NCBI RefSeq assembly: GCF_006345805.1
Contig: NC_043001.1
Location: 93,620,001 to 93,684,000, forward strand
Length of the DNA stretch: 64,000 nt
Origin: Octopus sinensis
Lineage: Eukaryota
Direction of reading: 5' to 3'
Below, piece after piece: positions 12,944-28,054 of the stretch (positions are counted from its first letter, which is position 1; each line of letters begins with the position of its first letter). The notes under the pieces are model-generated. The model made no database searches. It saw only the letters and a list, made by a program, of their open reading frames with translations, and was not told the origin of the DNA. Both the position numbers and the translations under genes were made by a program.

Positions 12944-13067
12944 AATAATAATAACAAGAACAACAACAACAACAAAAGCAATAATAATAATAATAATAGT
13001 AATAATAATAATAATGATGATAGTAATAGTAGTAGTGGTGGTGGTTATGGTGGTAGTAGTAGTAGTA

Positions 13068-13138
<71 letters not shown>

Positions 13139-13241
13139 GGAGCATTTCAATGTACATTAATAGAGTGGAGGAGCTGAATGGAGGCAATGAAATACCTATC
13201 AAATGCCTGGACTGCATCATCATCATCATCATCATTTTATT

Positions 13242-13314
<73 letters not shown>

Positions 13315-13327
13315 TATTATTTTTATT

Positions 13328-13399
<72 letters not shown>
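12944..13399. repeat. Compound (AAT)/(AAC)/(AGT)/(GGT)/(ATT) microsatellite
   Basis: Directly visible; source of the poly-N, poly-Y and poly-I ORFs. Confidence 0.95.
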
Positions 13400-13401
<2 letters not shown>

Positions 13402-13508
13402 AGTATTCGAGCAGTTCCAAGCAGTGATGTTTACTGCAAGTGCTCCACCTTTATTGCATCCCCTATTTGTTTCATCTACTTCTCAAGACTTTTACACACT
13501 GTTCCCAT
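13400..13508 (-). mobile_element. R4/Dong-like (RLE-type) non-LTR retrotransposon C-terminal fragment
   Basis: Minus-strand translation GTVCKSLEK*MKQIGDAIKVEHLQ*TSLLGTARILE matches the R4-clade terminal motif (G-T-V-x-K...LQKxxLLGTAxIL); embedded in (TAA)n on both sides. Confidence 0.65.
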
Positions 13509-14008
13509 ATTATTATTATAATTATGAATAGTAGTAGTAGAGGTAGTAATATTAGTAATAGTAATAGCAGTAGTATTACTAGCAGCAGTAATTGTCAAAC
13601 CGCTCCCCGTTTTTTTTAAACAGTAAACACAAACTGGAGAGACATTAACACAACCACTTTGTTACTTCACAAAAAAATGACAGGGGAGATCTCTCTGCAG
13701 TGCGTGTATAGACGGAAGACCAAGGGAACATATGTTGCATGATGGGACGAAAAAAAACAATACAGATATATATATATATATGAAAAGTAACCAATAATGA
13801 TGATATTAATACATGAAGAAATATAATAATGGTTAATATAATGAGAAATGACCCACACTGAGAGATATGTACTGACACACACACAAACATACGCACACAT
13901 ACACGGTGACACATGCACATATCACACACGTTTTTGTACGGAGACCAACTGTTGCGCTAAGATTGTTTCAATGTATGTACGGGTGTTTATATATATATGT
14001 GTTTGTGC

Positions 14009-14045
<37 letters not shown>

Positions 14046-14439
14046 AGTATGAGTGTGTGTATGGCTGTGTGTGTTTAGGTGTACATGTTAGTGTAGAGTA
14101 TGACCGTGTGTTTAAATCTCGGCCCTGCTGCGCGAGCTGTTGCGCGTGATTGTGATGCAAATATATTAAAATATATGATAATTGTACATAAATATTAATG
14201 GAGTTGACAAACATCACACGCGTACAAACACCTTCACAAACTCCCGGCTGTGTAGTCATATGAACATACACACACGAGCAAACGTGTATAATCTCTATAT
14301 ACAGCACTTTTGAATAAATAAATAAATATGTATATATATATATATATTATATATATATATATAATATATATATATATAATATATATGTGTGTGTGTGTAT
14401 AATATGTATATATATAATATATATATATGCATATATGCA

Positions 14440-14490
<51 letters not shown>

Positions 14491-14712
14491 ATGTGTGTGT
14501 GCGTATCATTGCGTGTTCTTGCTTGTATGACTATATATATATATATCTATATATCAGCCACACAACACATACACACACACACATATAATATATTTTTATA
14601 TATATATATATACGTATGTATATATATATATGTATATATTTATATATGTATGTGTATATATATATGTATATATATACATATATATATATATGTACATATA
14701 AATATATATATG

Positions 14713-14761
<49 letters not shown>

Positions 14762-15393
14762 TACACATACACTATCATTCCACACATACACACACACATA
14801 ATAAGGGGTGAGTGTTTAAGTGTGTGTATGAACTCTATGCATGGTTTCTTTGTGCATATCACGTTAAGTGTAAATAGTATTCAGGAAGGAAAAGTCGTGT
14901 AGAAAGACATAAGACTCATATATCGATATGAGCGTTGTTATATCAAATGCGTAATTGATCCATTTTGTATATTAATAATGTTTCCACTTAAACTTTCTTA
15001 AATGAGGTCGGGCTGGCCAGTTAGATAAGAATTGATCAGTTTCGGGTCCAAGATACTCAGCTAAATATAGATCTATGAACAAAATCTGAATAGAAAAATG
15101 GATCATTGAACTGCTTTCATACATCGTCCAGTACTTTATTTTCTACAAACTACTTTTGTAGAGACAAACAGGCAGGCGTCCGCCGGAAGATATATTCAAT
15201 CAATCAAATATATACGCTTCCGTCGCCATATTATGCACACATCTATACAAACGCCAGCACGCACACAAGCATTCATACATGTACGTGCACGCACATATCC
15301 GGATACACACTCTATAACGATAATGACATAGACACCAACAAACTCACAAAGTCATACGAAGTATGTATATATGTCTTTCTCCTTCTTTCTTTG

Positions 15394-15469
<76 letters not shown>

Positions 15470-15486
15470 GTATATATATATATATT

Positions 15487-15549
<63 letters not shown>

Positions 15550-15679
15550 TATAGCATAATTTCGATCCCTTAGAGTTGCACGAATTTCTCTGCTTCCATT
15601 CACTCCTGTATTCACCAATTCACCAGCTACAACAAATTACACACACACACACACATATGCACACATAGCAACAAGACGT

Positions 15680-15800
15680 AGCGCACTGAATTTTATCCTT
15701 TCGGGGTCGGTAAAATAAGTATCTGCTAAGTACTGGGGTCGATATACTCAACTTACCATCCCATAAAATTGTTGGTCTTGTGACAACATTTGAAATCAAG
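15680..15800 (+). mobile_element. SINE family B central-domain fragment
   Basis: tttatcctttcggggtcggtaaaataagta...ctggggtcgatatactcaac matches the family B core. Confidence 0.65.
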
Positions 15801-16199
15801 AGAAATGATCGATGTATCAGCCTCAATTCTTAGTTCATATCGGGAAGATAACGGGAGCAGTCATTCTTTGTCGGCAAGAGTTGTTGAACTAAGAGCATTC
15901 AAAGCCAGAACAAAATAGTGCTAAGCAATCTCTCCAGCGTCATGGCAATTTTAACAGTCAACCGTTCTTCAGGTCAGTGAATTTCTATGTCCTGAGTTCA
16001 CCAACTCTCACCGACAAAATTTCACTGCTCCTGTTCTCTTCCCGCTGATAATCAAATACAGAATTAACTAACAAGTGGGGCTGATACGACCGACTATTTT
16101 TTTAAACAAACTTTCCAGTATATTCCTTGTATGAGAACTTATTGTATTATAATGATAAATTATCACGGTGGACTTTTCTTTTATTCCTTTCGGAATCGA

Positions 16200-16295
16200 T
16201 AAAATAAGCACCAGTTGAACAATAGGGTCGATATAATCAATTTATCCCCTCCCCGGATATTGCTACCCCTTTGTCAAAATTTGAAAACCAGCATC
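16200..16295 (-). mobile_element. SINE family B fragment
   Basis: aataagcaccagttgaacaatagggtcgatataatc...tcccctcccc, as at 41570 and 41860. Confidence 0.5.
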
Positions 16296-18949
16296 ATCAT
16301 AAATATTTATACTTTAACTGAGTTCACTCAATTGACACTAACCATTTCAGGCTACAGTGTTGAAAGAGTACCCGCTTATAGCGACGGATTAATAGTTCTC
16401 ATAAATGCCTGATCCTTGTTATATGCAAACATATTTTGTTGAACTGCCATCGAATAGAGAAGTTTGAAATAACTCAAACAAATGTTTCAGTATAAACACT
16501 TGTGTGTAAATATACTCACATACGTATATATGTGCGCGTATATGTAGGTGTGTATATGTGCACTGGGGAGAATACATATTCACAAAGATCTTCATCATAA
16601 TTTTCGAGGGAAAAATTCTACTCAGAAATTAATCATCCGAAAGTAATTGTAAAAGAAACCAACCCAGCTAATCGGGCTGTGAAATCCAACACAGAAATAT
16701 GATTGCGAACTGACCTTATTACCTCATAGCCATGCTTTCAACTTACATGCACTTATCATGTTTCATATTTACATTTTCTGCTTTACAGCACATTGGTCAG
16801 GCTTTCGACATTTTCCAGCAGCATATCTGAGAAGAGATTGCTACCTTCTCACTCAAATCTTCCACTTGCATCCACTGTAATATTACTATCCGCCCAATTT
16901 ATATAAATACATTATTTATGAATCACGAGGTACAATAATTTTATATAAAACATTTCTTTTACCTTTTAACGTATCTAAGTGCATTGATGATTTAGATAGC
17001 TGCTGAAATATATGAATTTCCTTTTTCAAAAGAATAAGGCTCATTTCACAGAGTAAACTTACGCACATTTAGCAAAACTATGAAATGTAAAAATCATTAT
17101 GAATATAAAATGTATTTATCAATTTGCAGATACAAGAAAATAGATTTATGGGTTTATAGCCATTGAAGGATTTGGGCGTACAGAGCAATATCGACAATAG
17201 CACAAGCAATTTGTGTACGATGCATTGACAATGTTTTTGTTATTCTTATATGCGAACACGTGCTTATACTCATTTGTTTTAATTACATGTATCAGTCGTT
17301 AATCTGCGGTTATGCTGTAGCAAGACATTGAAGCATTTAATCGATCATAACATGTGTCGAATTAGTAAGAAACTGGGACAAGCACAAACGAATTCCTGTT
17401 ATCAAGTGGTGGGGAGGAAAACCCAACGAGACATACAAATACTTACGGACACATGCACACACATACACACATGTATACGACATACATACGTACATACATA
17501 TATATATATTTATAGATGTATATTTGTGTGTGTATGCCTGCATGTTTTTGTGTATACATGCATATACATATCGTGTGTGTGCATGTGCGTGTGTGTTTGT
17601 GTGTGTATGTGTGTGTGCATGTAACAGGCTTCTACAAAGTTTCAGTCAATTAAATTTCTCACAGTGGCATTAGTCGACCTGTTACTGTGCAACAAAACAC
17701 TCTAGATACTGGTGAGATTGTCTCAATATGAAAGTACACGCCGAAACCAAATTTCTGTTTCCTGAATTTTAATTTATAATAATTTTGTCAACTAAGACAA
17801 AAGAATTCTGGTGCCAGATACTCCTTTTCAAAAACGCTACGAAATTTGGTCCAAGTGACAACAAACAGAACGTACGAAATACAGAACGGTTGGAACAAAA
17901 GCTAACATGTACATCTTATTTACAAGAGGAGAAAAAACGAAACGAAATTAAAAGGTTGTAGTAGTAATGTGATATTTCTTAATATTCGTTTAGTTCATTG
18001 ATATTCCGTTAGAAAGGTCTGTGCAAATTAAAGTACTATGCAAATATACATGAAGCTTTCTACAACACAAGAAAGATTAAGTTAATTCACCATCTACAAG
18101 TGACTGTGAATCATAAGCTGATGTGAACACACTTAACATTTACATGTTACGACGTCAACATGTTGATATTTTCCTCTGCACATATATAGCATAAGGGTGT
18201 CACATAGCGGTTTCCCTCGAATATGTATATATATATAATATATTATATATATATATATATATATATGGGTGTGTTGTGTGTGTGTGTGTATATATAAGAG
18301 AAGAGAGAGAGAGACAGAGAAAGAGAGTGAAGTACACATATATACATGTAATACGTGGATAGAAAGACACATACGTCTACATGTGAACACATGTTTATAT
18401 GAGTCAACACTCGCATTCACACGGACTTTTTTCAAGAGTAATTTTGATTAATGCTAATGACTTTCTTCTCATTACATTTATAATTTCAATTGACTTAATG
18501 TTGTTTACGGCCTATCTGTGTGTCTGGTTGTGTCTCTGTCTGTCCGTCTATCTGTCTGTCTATATATATATATATATCTGTCTGTGTGTTAGTATGTATG
18601 CTTGTGCGTGTGTAAAATTTTCTCTTATTCAGAATTATATTTGAATAAAGGTTAAGTGATTAAATATCAATAGGAATTTAATGAAAAATCCGTCTAATTT
18701 TAAAGCTAATCTGAAGTTTCTAAAAATATTTCTCATTTCATTGTAGATCCAAATCTGTGGGCGATTTTGCTTCTTCTGTTATTTTAAATAATGACCGTTA
18801 TGATTTGTTGTATGTCTAGACACAATACCTTGTGCTTGCTGAAGTAAATATCGATGATTTGAATTAGTTATTTTGATTAAAATTCTATCGTGGTACATTA
18901 GGATCAGGAACAAGACAAAAGTTGTAAATATATTCTTTACAAATTATGG

Positions 18950-19090
18950 CATAGGACCATCAGATTTGGGGGAGAGGCTAAGTCGATTAAATGTGCCCCA
19001 GGGTTCAAATGGTTCTTATTTTATCAACGCCGAAAGGGTGAAAAGGCCAAATCGACCTCGGCGGAATTTGAACTCAGAACATGAAGACAA
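18950..19090 (-). mobile_element. SINE family B fragment
   Basis: gtcgatta...ccccag...tttatcaacgccgaaagggtgaaaaggc...cgacctcggcggaatttgaactcagaac. Confidence 0.7.
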
Positions 19091-20274
19091 CTGATAAATG
19101 TATTAATATTTGGAGTTGTTACACAGTGTATTATTAAAGTGTCATTCATTGAAAAAACAGTGGAGTATATTCTCAGTAATGATAAGACACTATGGTCGAA
19201 TGCCATATGTTAGCTTCGAATCCTTGTAGTAAATATTTTGTTTTCTTACGTATTTAGTATTTTTTAAGATTCAGTTATAATCCAGAAATTTCCCTGTTTG
19301 TCATTTCTCCTTATAAATAGGAATTATCTTATTTATGTAACGAAATAATTATTTTACTGATGATTGAAGAACGTTGAGAATTCGCGAACAAATTCTACGA
19401 GTAAAATACACTAATCCACTTCGATATATACGTGTATCTCTCTTACTTCTTACACAACTTTGAGAATAACTGATGCTTTTTTTTTTCCAAGTCTTTGGTT
19501 TTCCTCTCATGAAATAAATCAATATATATTCATCGAGATCTAGTAAAAAATATGGAGAATGAAAATCAATAGATACAAATAAACGAAAATAAATGAAAGA
19601 AAAACAAAGAAAATTAAAATAAATCTTTGATAAACAATATTTCTGATATTGCAAAGGGAGAAAAAGCATTTCTATTAAAATGTTTTTAAAAATCTACAGT
19701 AAAAATTAGTAAATATGTTTAAATATGAAAAGTTCAGAAAGTTAATGATGTTTATTTTGTTTTTTTACTCTGCAACAAACAGCAGTTTTCTGTCAAGAAG
19801 TCTGAATGATAAGACAAGATGTTAAATACATCGCGAATTTTTAATTTCTCTTTGTTTTTATACGATGGAAACTACTTCATTCTTTTTCTTAATCCTCAAA
19901 TTTTTTTCCTCTTTCTAAATTCTCAGTTTCCGTTGGATTGGGATAATTTTTTTTTACATCAGTAGATGCTCCATAAGCCAAGTAATTACAAATGATAATG
20001 AATAGGAAGTAAAAATGTGTGTGACTGATTTGACAATCTATTATAAAGTGAAGTGGTTATCTATCTAAAGCCATACTCACAAATCGAATTCAAGTGGTAA
20101 TGTATATGACTCAATCCTCATCGCTTCTATTGCAATGAGAATAGAAAAATAGAAGGGCATATTAAGTAAGTACTGCAAAGAGTCAGCATAGACAAATATA
20201 CATCTTCCAAACTTACAAGGTTTTACACACACATACACACACACAGACACGCACGCACGCATGTGTATAATATA

Positions 20275-20707
20275 AATCCTTTTATTCTATTACTTGTTTC
20301 AGTCATTTAACTTCAGCCATGCTGGAGCACTGCCGTGAAGGATGTTAGGTCGAAGACATCGAAATCAGGACTTATACATTGCAAGCTTATTACTTTTTCT
20401 ATCGGTCTCGTTAGCCGAACCTTTATCTTATTTCTTTATTGCCCAGAAGGGGCTAAACATAGAGGGGACAAACAAGGACAGACAAAGGTACTAAGTCGAT
20501 TACATCGACCCCAGTGCGTAACTGGTACTTAATTAATCGAACCCGAAATGATGAAAGGCAAAGTCTGCCTCGGCGGAATTTGAACTCAACGTAACGGCAG
20601 ACCAAAAACCGCTAAGCATTTCGCCTGGCGTGCTAACGTTTCTGCCAGCTCGCCGCCTTATCTGTTGACAACCGATGGCGGGCAGAAAAACACAGCCATA
20701 TAAATGC

Positions 20708-20756
<49 letters not shown>

Positions 20757-20901
20757 ATTATTATTATTATTATTATTAGTTTAATGGTCGGGAAGGGAGA
20801 AAACCATTTACGTTACGAGCCTATGCTCTTCGGCAGAAAGGAACAAAAATAAACAGGGAGAGACAATAGAAGAAATAGAAAAATAGAAAAAAGAAAAAAA
20901 A

Positions 20902-20959
<58 letters not shown>

Positions 20960-21118
20960 ACAGAGTTCCTCCTGTTTTCGTTTACCAAATCCACTCACAA
21001 GGCTTTTGTCGGCCCGAGGCTATAGTACAAGACACTTGCCCAAGGTACCACGCAGTGGGACTGTACCCGGAGCCATGCGGCTGGTAAGCAAGCTACGTAC
21101 CACACACCCACTCCTACA
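20275..21118 (-). mobile_element. SINE family A, split by a nested family B copy and an expanded (TA)n
   Basis: 3' part acttgtttcagtcatt...gccatgctggagcactgcc at 20295; 5' part accaaatccactcacaaggc...gcccaaggtaccacgcagtgggac...accacacacccactcct at 20980-21118. Confidence 0.85.
20421..20662 (-). mobile_element. SINE family B, near full length, nested in the family A copy
   Basis: Head ggcggcgagctggcagaaacgttagcacg (minus strand), B-box GTTCAAATTCC, core tttcatc...tcgatt...gtaccagttacgcactggggtcgatg. Confidence 0.85.
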
Positions 21119-21769
21119 GACATAATTTTGTATAGACAGAGAAATTCATGCGTACACACTCGTGTACGCAAACACACACACGCACGCACACACATATTAC
21201 ATACGATCGCGAAATACAAATTTCAACGCAATACATCTATTCTTAGAATTACTACTAATACAAAAATTATATTAAGCACTCACTTAATTGCATAACCAGG
21301 AATATAATTTTAGACACTATTGATATACGTGTCTAACTAGAACATTTATCACAACCGAAAGGTAATCATAACAACATAAAGCTTACACTGTTATGTCTGC
21401 ACACACACAGAATAATTCATTGAATCGCTATATATTTAACTTTTATTGTATATGCACGTTAATAATATATGTATCATCTCGAATTAACAATAGTGTCCAG
21501 AGCATACGATAGATAGTTATTAGGGTATTATATATATATATGTACCATGCAGTCAGCTGAAGAGCAAGTTCATGAACAATGAAAATATGTACTTAATGAA
21601 ATTGGAATTGGGAACGCACACGCTCACAGACACACGGACACACAAACAAAAAGGTGTGCGCGCCCACATACACACAAACTCGCACAGAGACTCAGAGATA
21701 CTACACATACTCACGCACCCACACATATGTATATTTATATCTATATCTGTATGTATGTACACATATATA

Positions 21770-21859
21770 TATATATATAATATATATAATATATATATAA
21801 TATATATAATATATATATAATATATATATATATATTAATATTTCTATGAATATTTGTAT

Positions 21860-21918
<59 letters not shown>

Positions 21919-22356
21919 TAATATTTGAATGAATATTAATATACGTATATATACGTATGTATGCATTCGCATGTACAAATTTGTATGTATGATATGTGCA
22001 TATATATATGTATACATACATATATATATATATAAATAAATAAATATATATATAGAGAGAGATTGATAGATATGTGTGTATGTGTATACATAAATAAATA
22101 TATATGTATGTATGTACATACAATCACATGTGCATATATGTTCATCAACGTATATAGACTCACGTGAATATGTAAGATTTGAAAAACATTATTCTTGTTT
22201 GTATTCCTAGAGGGATAATGTGCATGATGTCAGCAAATATTGATATGCCAATCTATGCTCTTTCATATACATCTATATGCTTGTATAATATACAAGTATA
22301 TAGATGTTTATGGAAAGAGCATAGATTGGCATATGAATATATACAATGTGTTATAT

Positions 22357-22413
<57 letters not shown>

Positions 22414-23055
22414 TATAATACATATATATTATATATATATACGTATATATATATTATATATACATACATATATATATTATATATACATACATATATATAT
22501 ATTATATATACATATATATTATATATGCATTTATATTATATATACATTATATATATTATATATACATATATATATAATATTATTATACATACATATATTA
22601 TATTATATATACATACATATATATATATATTATATATACATACATATAATATATGTTATATATACATACATATATATATAATATACATATATAAATATAT
22701 ATATATCATATATATATATATATATATATTATATACATATAATATATATATTATATATACATACATACATATACATCTCGTATATATGTATATATACATA
22801 CTATATATACATACTATATATACATACATGTATATGTATAATATATATACTATTTATGCATATTATATATACTATATATATATATACATATATATTATAT
22901 ATATACATATATATATATATATATTATATACATGCATACATATATTATATACGTTATATACATGCATATAATATATACATCTATATATACATATATATAT
23001 ATATATCATACATATATATATTATATATATATCTATATCTATATATATATGCATA
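21770..23055. repeat. Large degenerate (TA)/(TACA) microsatellite field
   Basis: Directly visible; interrupted by short unique sequence at ~22150-22345. Confidence 0.9.
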
Positions 23056-23570
23056 TGCATATTTCGACTCACTCACACTCACAAGTACCTTCGCAATCCT
23101 CACTCGTGGTGAATCACACCCACATATGCTGCTACACCATGAAAACGAAAACCAGTTTCGTTTTAAGTAGTACAGAGCACTGAAAACATTCAATAACATG
23201 GACAAAATATCGATTGAGACCGACAAAACTGGAGAACAGGCCGTTGGAAAAATATTCAATAAGTCAATAAATTGTGTTTATGGCGAAAGAGTCTAGATAC
23301 ACTGGAGCTGAATAGGAAATATAGTATTGTAAACGATCAGCACTGTGAGAAGTTTTGAAGTTAACCGAATTTTTGGCTACTGCTTCGTTGAAGGTTGCTG
23401 TTCTATGGTGCGAATATTGGCTGTATTGATAATAATGTAGCTTCACACGGTGTTCAATAATTAGAGACACAATTTAAACGTTCTTTTTTATATTTGAAAT
23501 CGTGATACATATACTAAGCAACACATTTATGCAAACACTCCACACACACACACACGTACTTACATGCATG

Positions 23571-23628
<58 letters not shown>

Positions 23629-24154
23629 CGCGCGCCCGTTTATTGATTATGCATGTATAATTCCACATGCACTTACGTGCTCACATAAATAAAAAAAAAG
23701 CTTGTTTCTCTTGGTGTCCTTTTCAATTGCGTCTCAACAAGATGGCGTGAAAGCCTGTGTTACAGAAGAGTAAATATACAACTAATTTGTAATAAATGCA
23801 AACACTGCAAAATATATTGAGTACTATGTGTTACGTTTGTAATCGTTTCGTTAGAATATATTTCATGCTGTATATTTATGAGCTGCTGTTTCAACGTTCT
23901 TGGATGTTTGTATGTAAGCAAGGACACGGTGTTCAATAGGTAAACTAATTGATCAGAAGCAACACGAAGGAGGTAAAGAAATTATATTATCACCACAGAC
24001 ATTACTGTCTGGCTTTAAGTAAAGAGGACACTTTATATAAATCTTCAAAGCTGATTGGTATAAATGAATAAATATTTGTAAATGAAAATCTTTGAAACAA
24101 TTCATGTTATCTTTTTTCTTCTTTTTAACCACTTGGCCCGCACTGATATTTTTT

Positions 24155-24366
24155 TCTACTCTAGACACAAGGCCCGAAAGTTTTGGGGACTGGGGCCAGT
24201 CGATTAGATACACCCCAAGACGCAAATGGTGTATAATTTACCGATCCTGAAAAGATGAATAACAAACCCGACCTCGGCGGAATTTGAACTCTGAACGTAA
24301 AGGCAGACGAAAAAGGGCGAAGCATTTCACCCAGTCTGCTAACGTCTCTGCCAGCTCGCCGCCTAG
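24155..24366 (-). mobile_element. SINE family B
   Basis: gacctcggcggaatttgaactctgaacgtaaaggcagacgaaa...gctaacgtctctgccagctcgccgcct. Confidence 0.8.
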
Positions 24367-26043
24367 GTCAGCGCTGCTATTGAGAAATATATAGACAAAT
24401 GCTTTCCATCTACGCGAACATATTTCAACTGCTGTTTTGATCGTATCATACAATATGTAGTTTATTAAGAGCATAAAGTGTGTCTCAGTAGTTTTGATAA
24501 AGTTTTCGAGCAGGTCATGAAACATGTTAGAGATGTGTTTTATAATTAAATACAAAATTATGTGTTGACTGTATTCAGATAATCTAATGCTTTAATGGCT
24601 GACGTATGACAATCTAAAGTAGTAATGGATATATGTATAATAACTTGACCTTCAGACAAAGTAACTATAATTATTATTCTTACCACATTCTACCCGCACC
24701 CACTGGCTCTCAATTGATTAAGTGCTGCCTGTAGGTATAATGTATTATATATCCAGCAGTATGGCCACTGTCAACACTTGTAATCAGTAAAATATTGAAA
24801 TGATTTCCACGTAGTAATCATTCTACGTTAATTTTGTTGATGCGCCATATCAATTTATTAGACAGCATAGCGGTGTTTGCATTACAAATCTCTAAGAAAT
24901 AGAAATGATTAAGTTGTGCAAACAATTACGTATATGAAGAGATAACTTAATGTATTTGTTCTGGTGTACAAATCTTCTCCAGTTATCATATGTCTGAATA
25001 AACTTTACTCATTGTTTTATTTGAACTAAGCAGATAAATGTAGCTGCTGTCTTTCGGATATACCAGAACTACGACGGAAAATCATCTTAGTTGTGAGCAT
25101 TCAATATATCATTTAGATATCTTGAGTATAGATTTACTTATCCTATTTCTTTTATGCCAGAGTAAAATATATCTGGTTTATTTAGCGACTATTTCTTGCA
25201 GGTTCTGTGACTATGAATTCGCTCTTTGCCAATGACGTTGATTTGATTTATCGTACTCCTTCATCTAAAGAGCGCTGATATTAATTTGATGAAGTCCATT
25301 TTAATCCTAATGACCTTGGAAATATGCAGGGTTTTGTAGGGTCCAGATATAATCTGCTACTGCTATGAACATAAGGAAGCTGTTCACTAAAGAACTACCA
25401 TTTCGTCTACGGTTAAAAAATGTCCATTATGAAAGGAATTGGATAATTGCCTGAAAATATGTATGTTATACTCCTGATTCTGTTGACATATATACTATAT
25501 TGTGTCCCAATATTAATAAATATAAAGGATTGCGAATAGCACCCACCAGCTAATACAGAGAAAAAACCGATGGATATAAATTCAACCAAATTAAGTAAAT
25601 ACAATACAAATAATAGGAAAGAAAAATAAACTATCAGGAAAGTAATGGTTGTTTTAACTACATCTTCAAAGCAACATTGTAAATCCATACGGTATTTTTT
25701 AAAACAAATAAATTATGTGCAGAATTCAAAGTGAAGAGTTACAAGAACTTTATTTGGAATAGAATATTGATTTCTGATGGAAACACAAGAGATGTAATTG
25801 TAAGATTTTGATGTATTTCATAAGGGAATAGCTTGTTAAAGCAAAGGGACCTTTGTTGAGCCAAGAATCGAAGAAAAGAAGACTGAATAGAATATTCGGC
25901 TAGTCAGTGTTTCAGGCTTCGGCTTAAACATTTTCCAAACAAATCATAGACTGTTAAATATCACTAACAGTTATGGATTGGAATACAGGAACGGTCACGT
26001 GTAAATAGAAACGCATAGGCTAATGTATGTGCGTATATATATA

Positions 26044-26085
<42 letters not shown>

Positions 26086-26307
26086 ATGTGTGGGTGTGTG
26101 TGTGTGTGTGTGTGTGTATGTGCTTGTATTTAAAGATACATTTTCTTACTACAATTAAAATCATAGTACGGAGGTGCGAGCGAAGATACACCAAGAACTA
26201 TAGGTCGTTTCGGTTGCGTATTGTTAAGTATACATATAGTCTGTATATTCCAATACATGCTATTTGTACATATTGTGTATGCATATTCCTTTGTCTTTTA
26301 TATCTTA

Positions 26308-26344
<37 letters not shown>

Positions 26345-26734
26345 GTAGGTGTGTAAGCTTCTGACAATGTATCTACTTATCTGTATGTACATCACAGCGT
26401 TATTCTAAAAATACATATAACTTTGAATATATATTTTAGTGCTTTTGTCTCTATTTAATCTCTATCATAGAGTAACCAGGTAATGGCTGAATGGGGAGTA
26501 AAAAATCAATAGCAAAAGTTGTGTAGATGTAAATATGTGCAGTGAACCAGAACCTCAAGTCAAACGTAAAACAGAGCCTTACTTGATTACCTGTTATGTT
26601 TACTAATTGAGTACATCTACGTCATATAGGTGTTACTGAAGCTGAGAAGTATGAACAAGTTTAGCTGAAAATTTGTTATGGAACTAACATTTGAATTTCG
26701 GCTGGGTTTCATTAGTATACATATGTTTATTATA

Positions 26735-26958
<224 letters not shown>

Positions 26959-26964
26959 CCAATG

Positions 26965-27300
26965 ATTCGTTAGCCATGATAAAACTCCGAGTTTCGGATG
27001 CCGGGGTGGAAATCCACGCCGCCATCTCTTCAGTTATCCGGCCTTCGGGAAAATGCTATGAAAATGACCGTTAAACAAAGGGAAATTACTGTGTGATTGA
27101 CCGTTATTATGACAAAAAAGATATTTGAATGACTGCCAAGTGAGGGGAGGGAGGAAAAGTAAGGGAGTACAAATGTTTATAGTATTCGCGTAAGCGCGCA
27201 TTCCATATCTACACATGCGCGCCTGCACACCGACGTACATGCGCCTATACCATTTTCACCCCGACATCCGAAACTCGGAGTTTTATCATGGCTACCGAAT
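26965..27300. mobile_element. MITE-like element (336 bp) with ~47-bp TIRs
   Basis: Left attcgttagccatgataaaactccgagtttcggatgccggggtggaa vs reverse complement of right attcggtagccatgataaaactccgagtttcggatgtcggggtgaaa (3 mismatches); non-coding interior; TSD unclear. Confidence 0.75.
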
Positions 27301-27421
27301 AACTGTCACATATTACATTTACAGATAAATTCCTCTATTTAAATAATATCGAGGTCTCGTTCATTCTTTTGTTGTCTAACCATTTCTATCAATATATATA
27401 TATGTATATATATATATATAG

Positions 27422-27452
<31 letters not shown>

Positions 27453-27670
27453 CACAATGAGAAAATGGAGAAACATACCTAAATCAATCATCAACCATCA
27501 GATAATACCCACTCAATACTTTATTAAACCATCACACAACAGCAATGACATTATACATAATATATTACAAATATAACTAGACATAGAAATATAAATAGAA
27601 AATACAATTACATTATAGCTGACAGCTGTTTTTCGGCCGTGAAGACAGGTATGTCCCATATAACCTATTA

Positions 27671-27730
<60 letters not shown>

Positions 27731-28011
27731 CATGGACTCTACCGTCAAAGGCGACGTATGCGTTTTCGACCTCAAGAAATGATTTGCTTACAGTGAACAA
27801 ACGTATGTGTTGCACGTTAAGTCCTCCGTCCATTAGGTGCGCGTTGCTTAAGCCAGATGTCGAAGTGATCACAGGTGAAAGCGAGCTGAAGCGATGAGCT
27901 TAAGAACATGACGCAACCCGGAGACTAGAAATTGAAACTAAGATCTCGCGATCGTGAGTGAAGCAATCACACCACCAGGCTTTATATATATGTGTATATA
28001 TATAAATATAA

Positions 28012-28054
<43 letters not shown>

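Noticed and set aside
25213-25287. SLFANDVDLIY resembling the RT YADD motif
   Set aside because: Single short motif with no flanking RT similarity; likely chance.
25413-25688. 91-aa hydrophobic ORF (minus) suggestive of a GPCR or chemoreceptor helix
   Set aside because: In-frame stop a few codons upstream, no convincing splice sites, and T-rich strands give hydrophobic translations by default.
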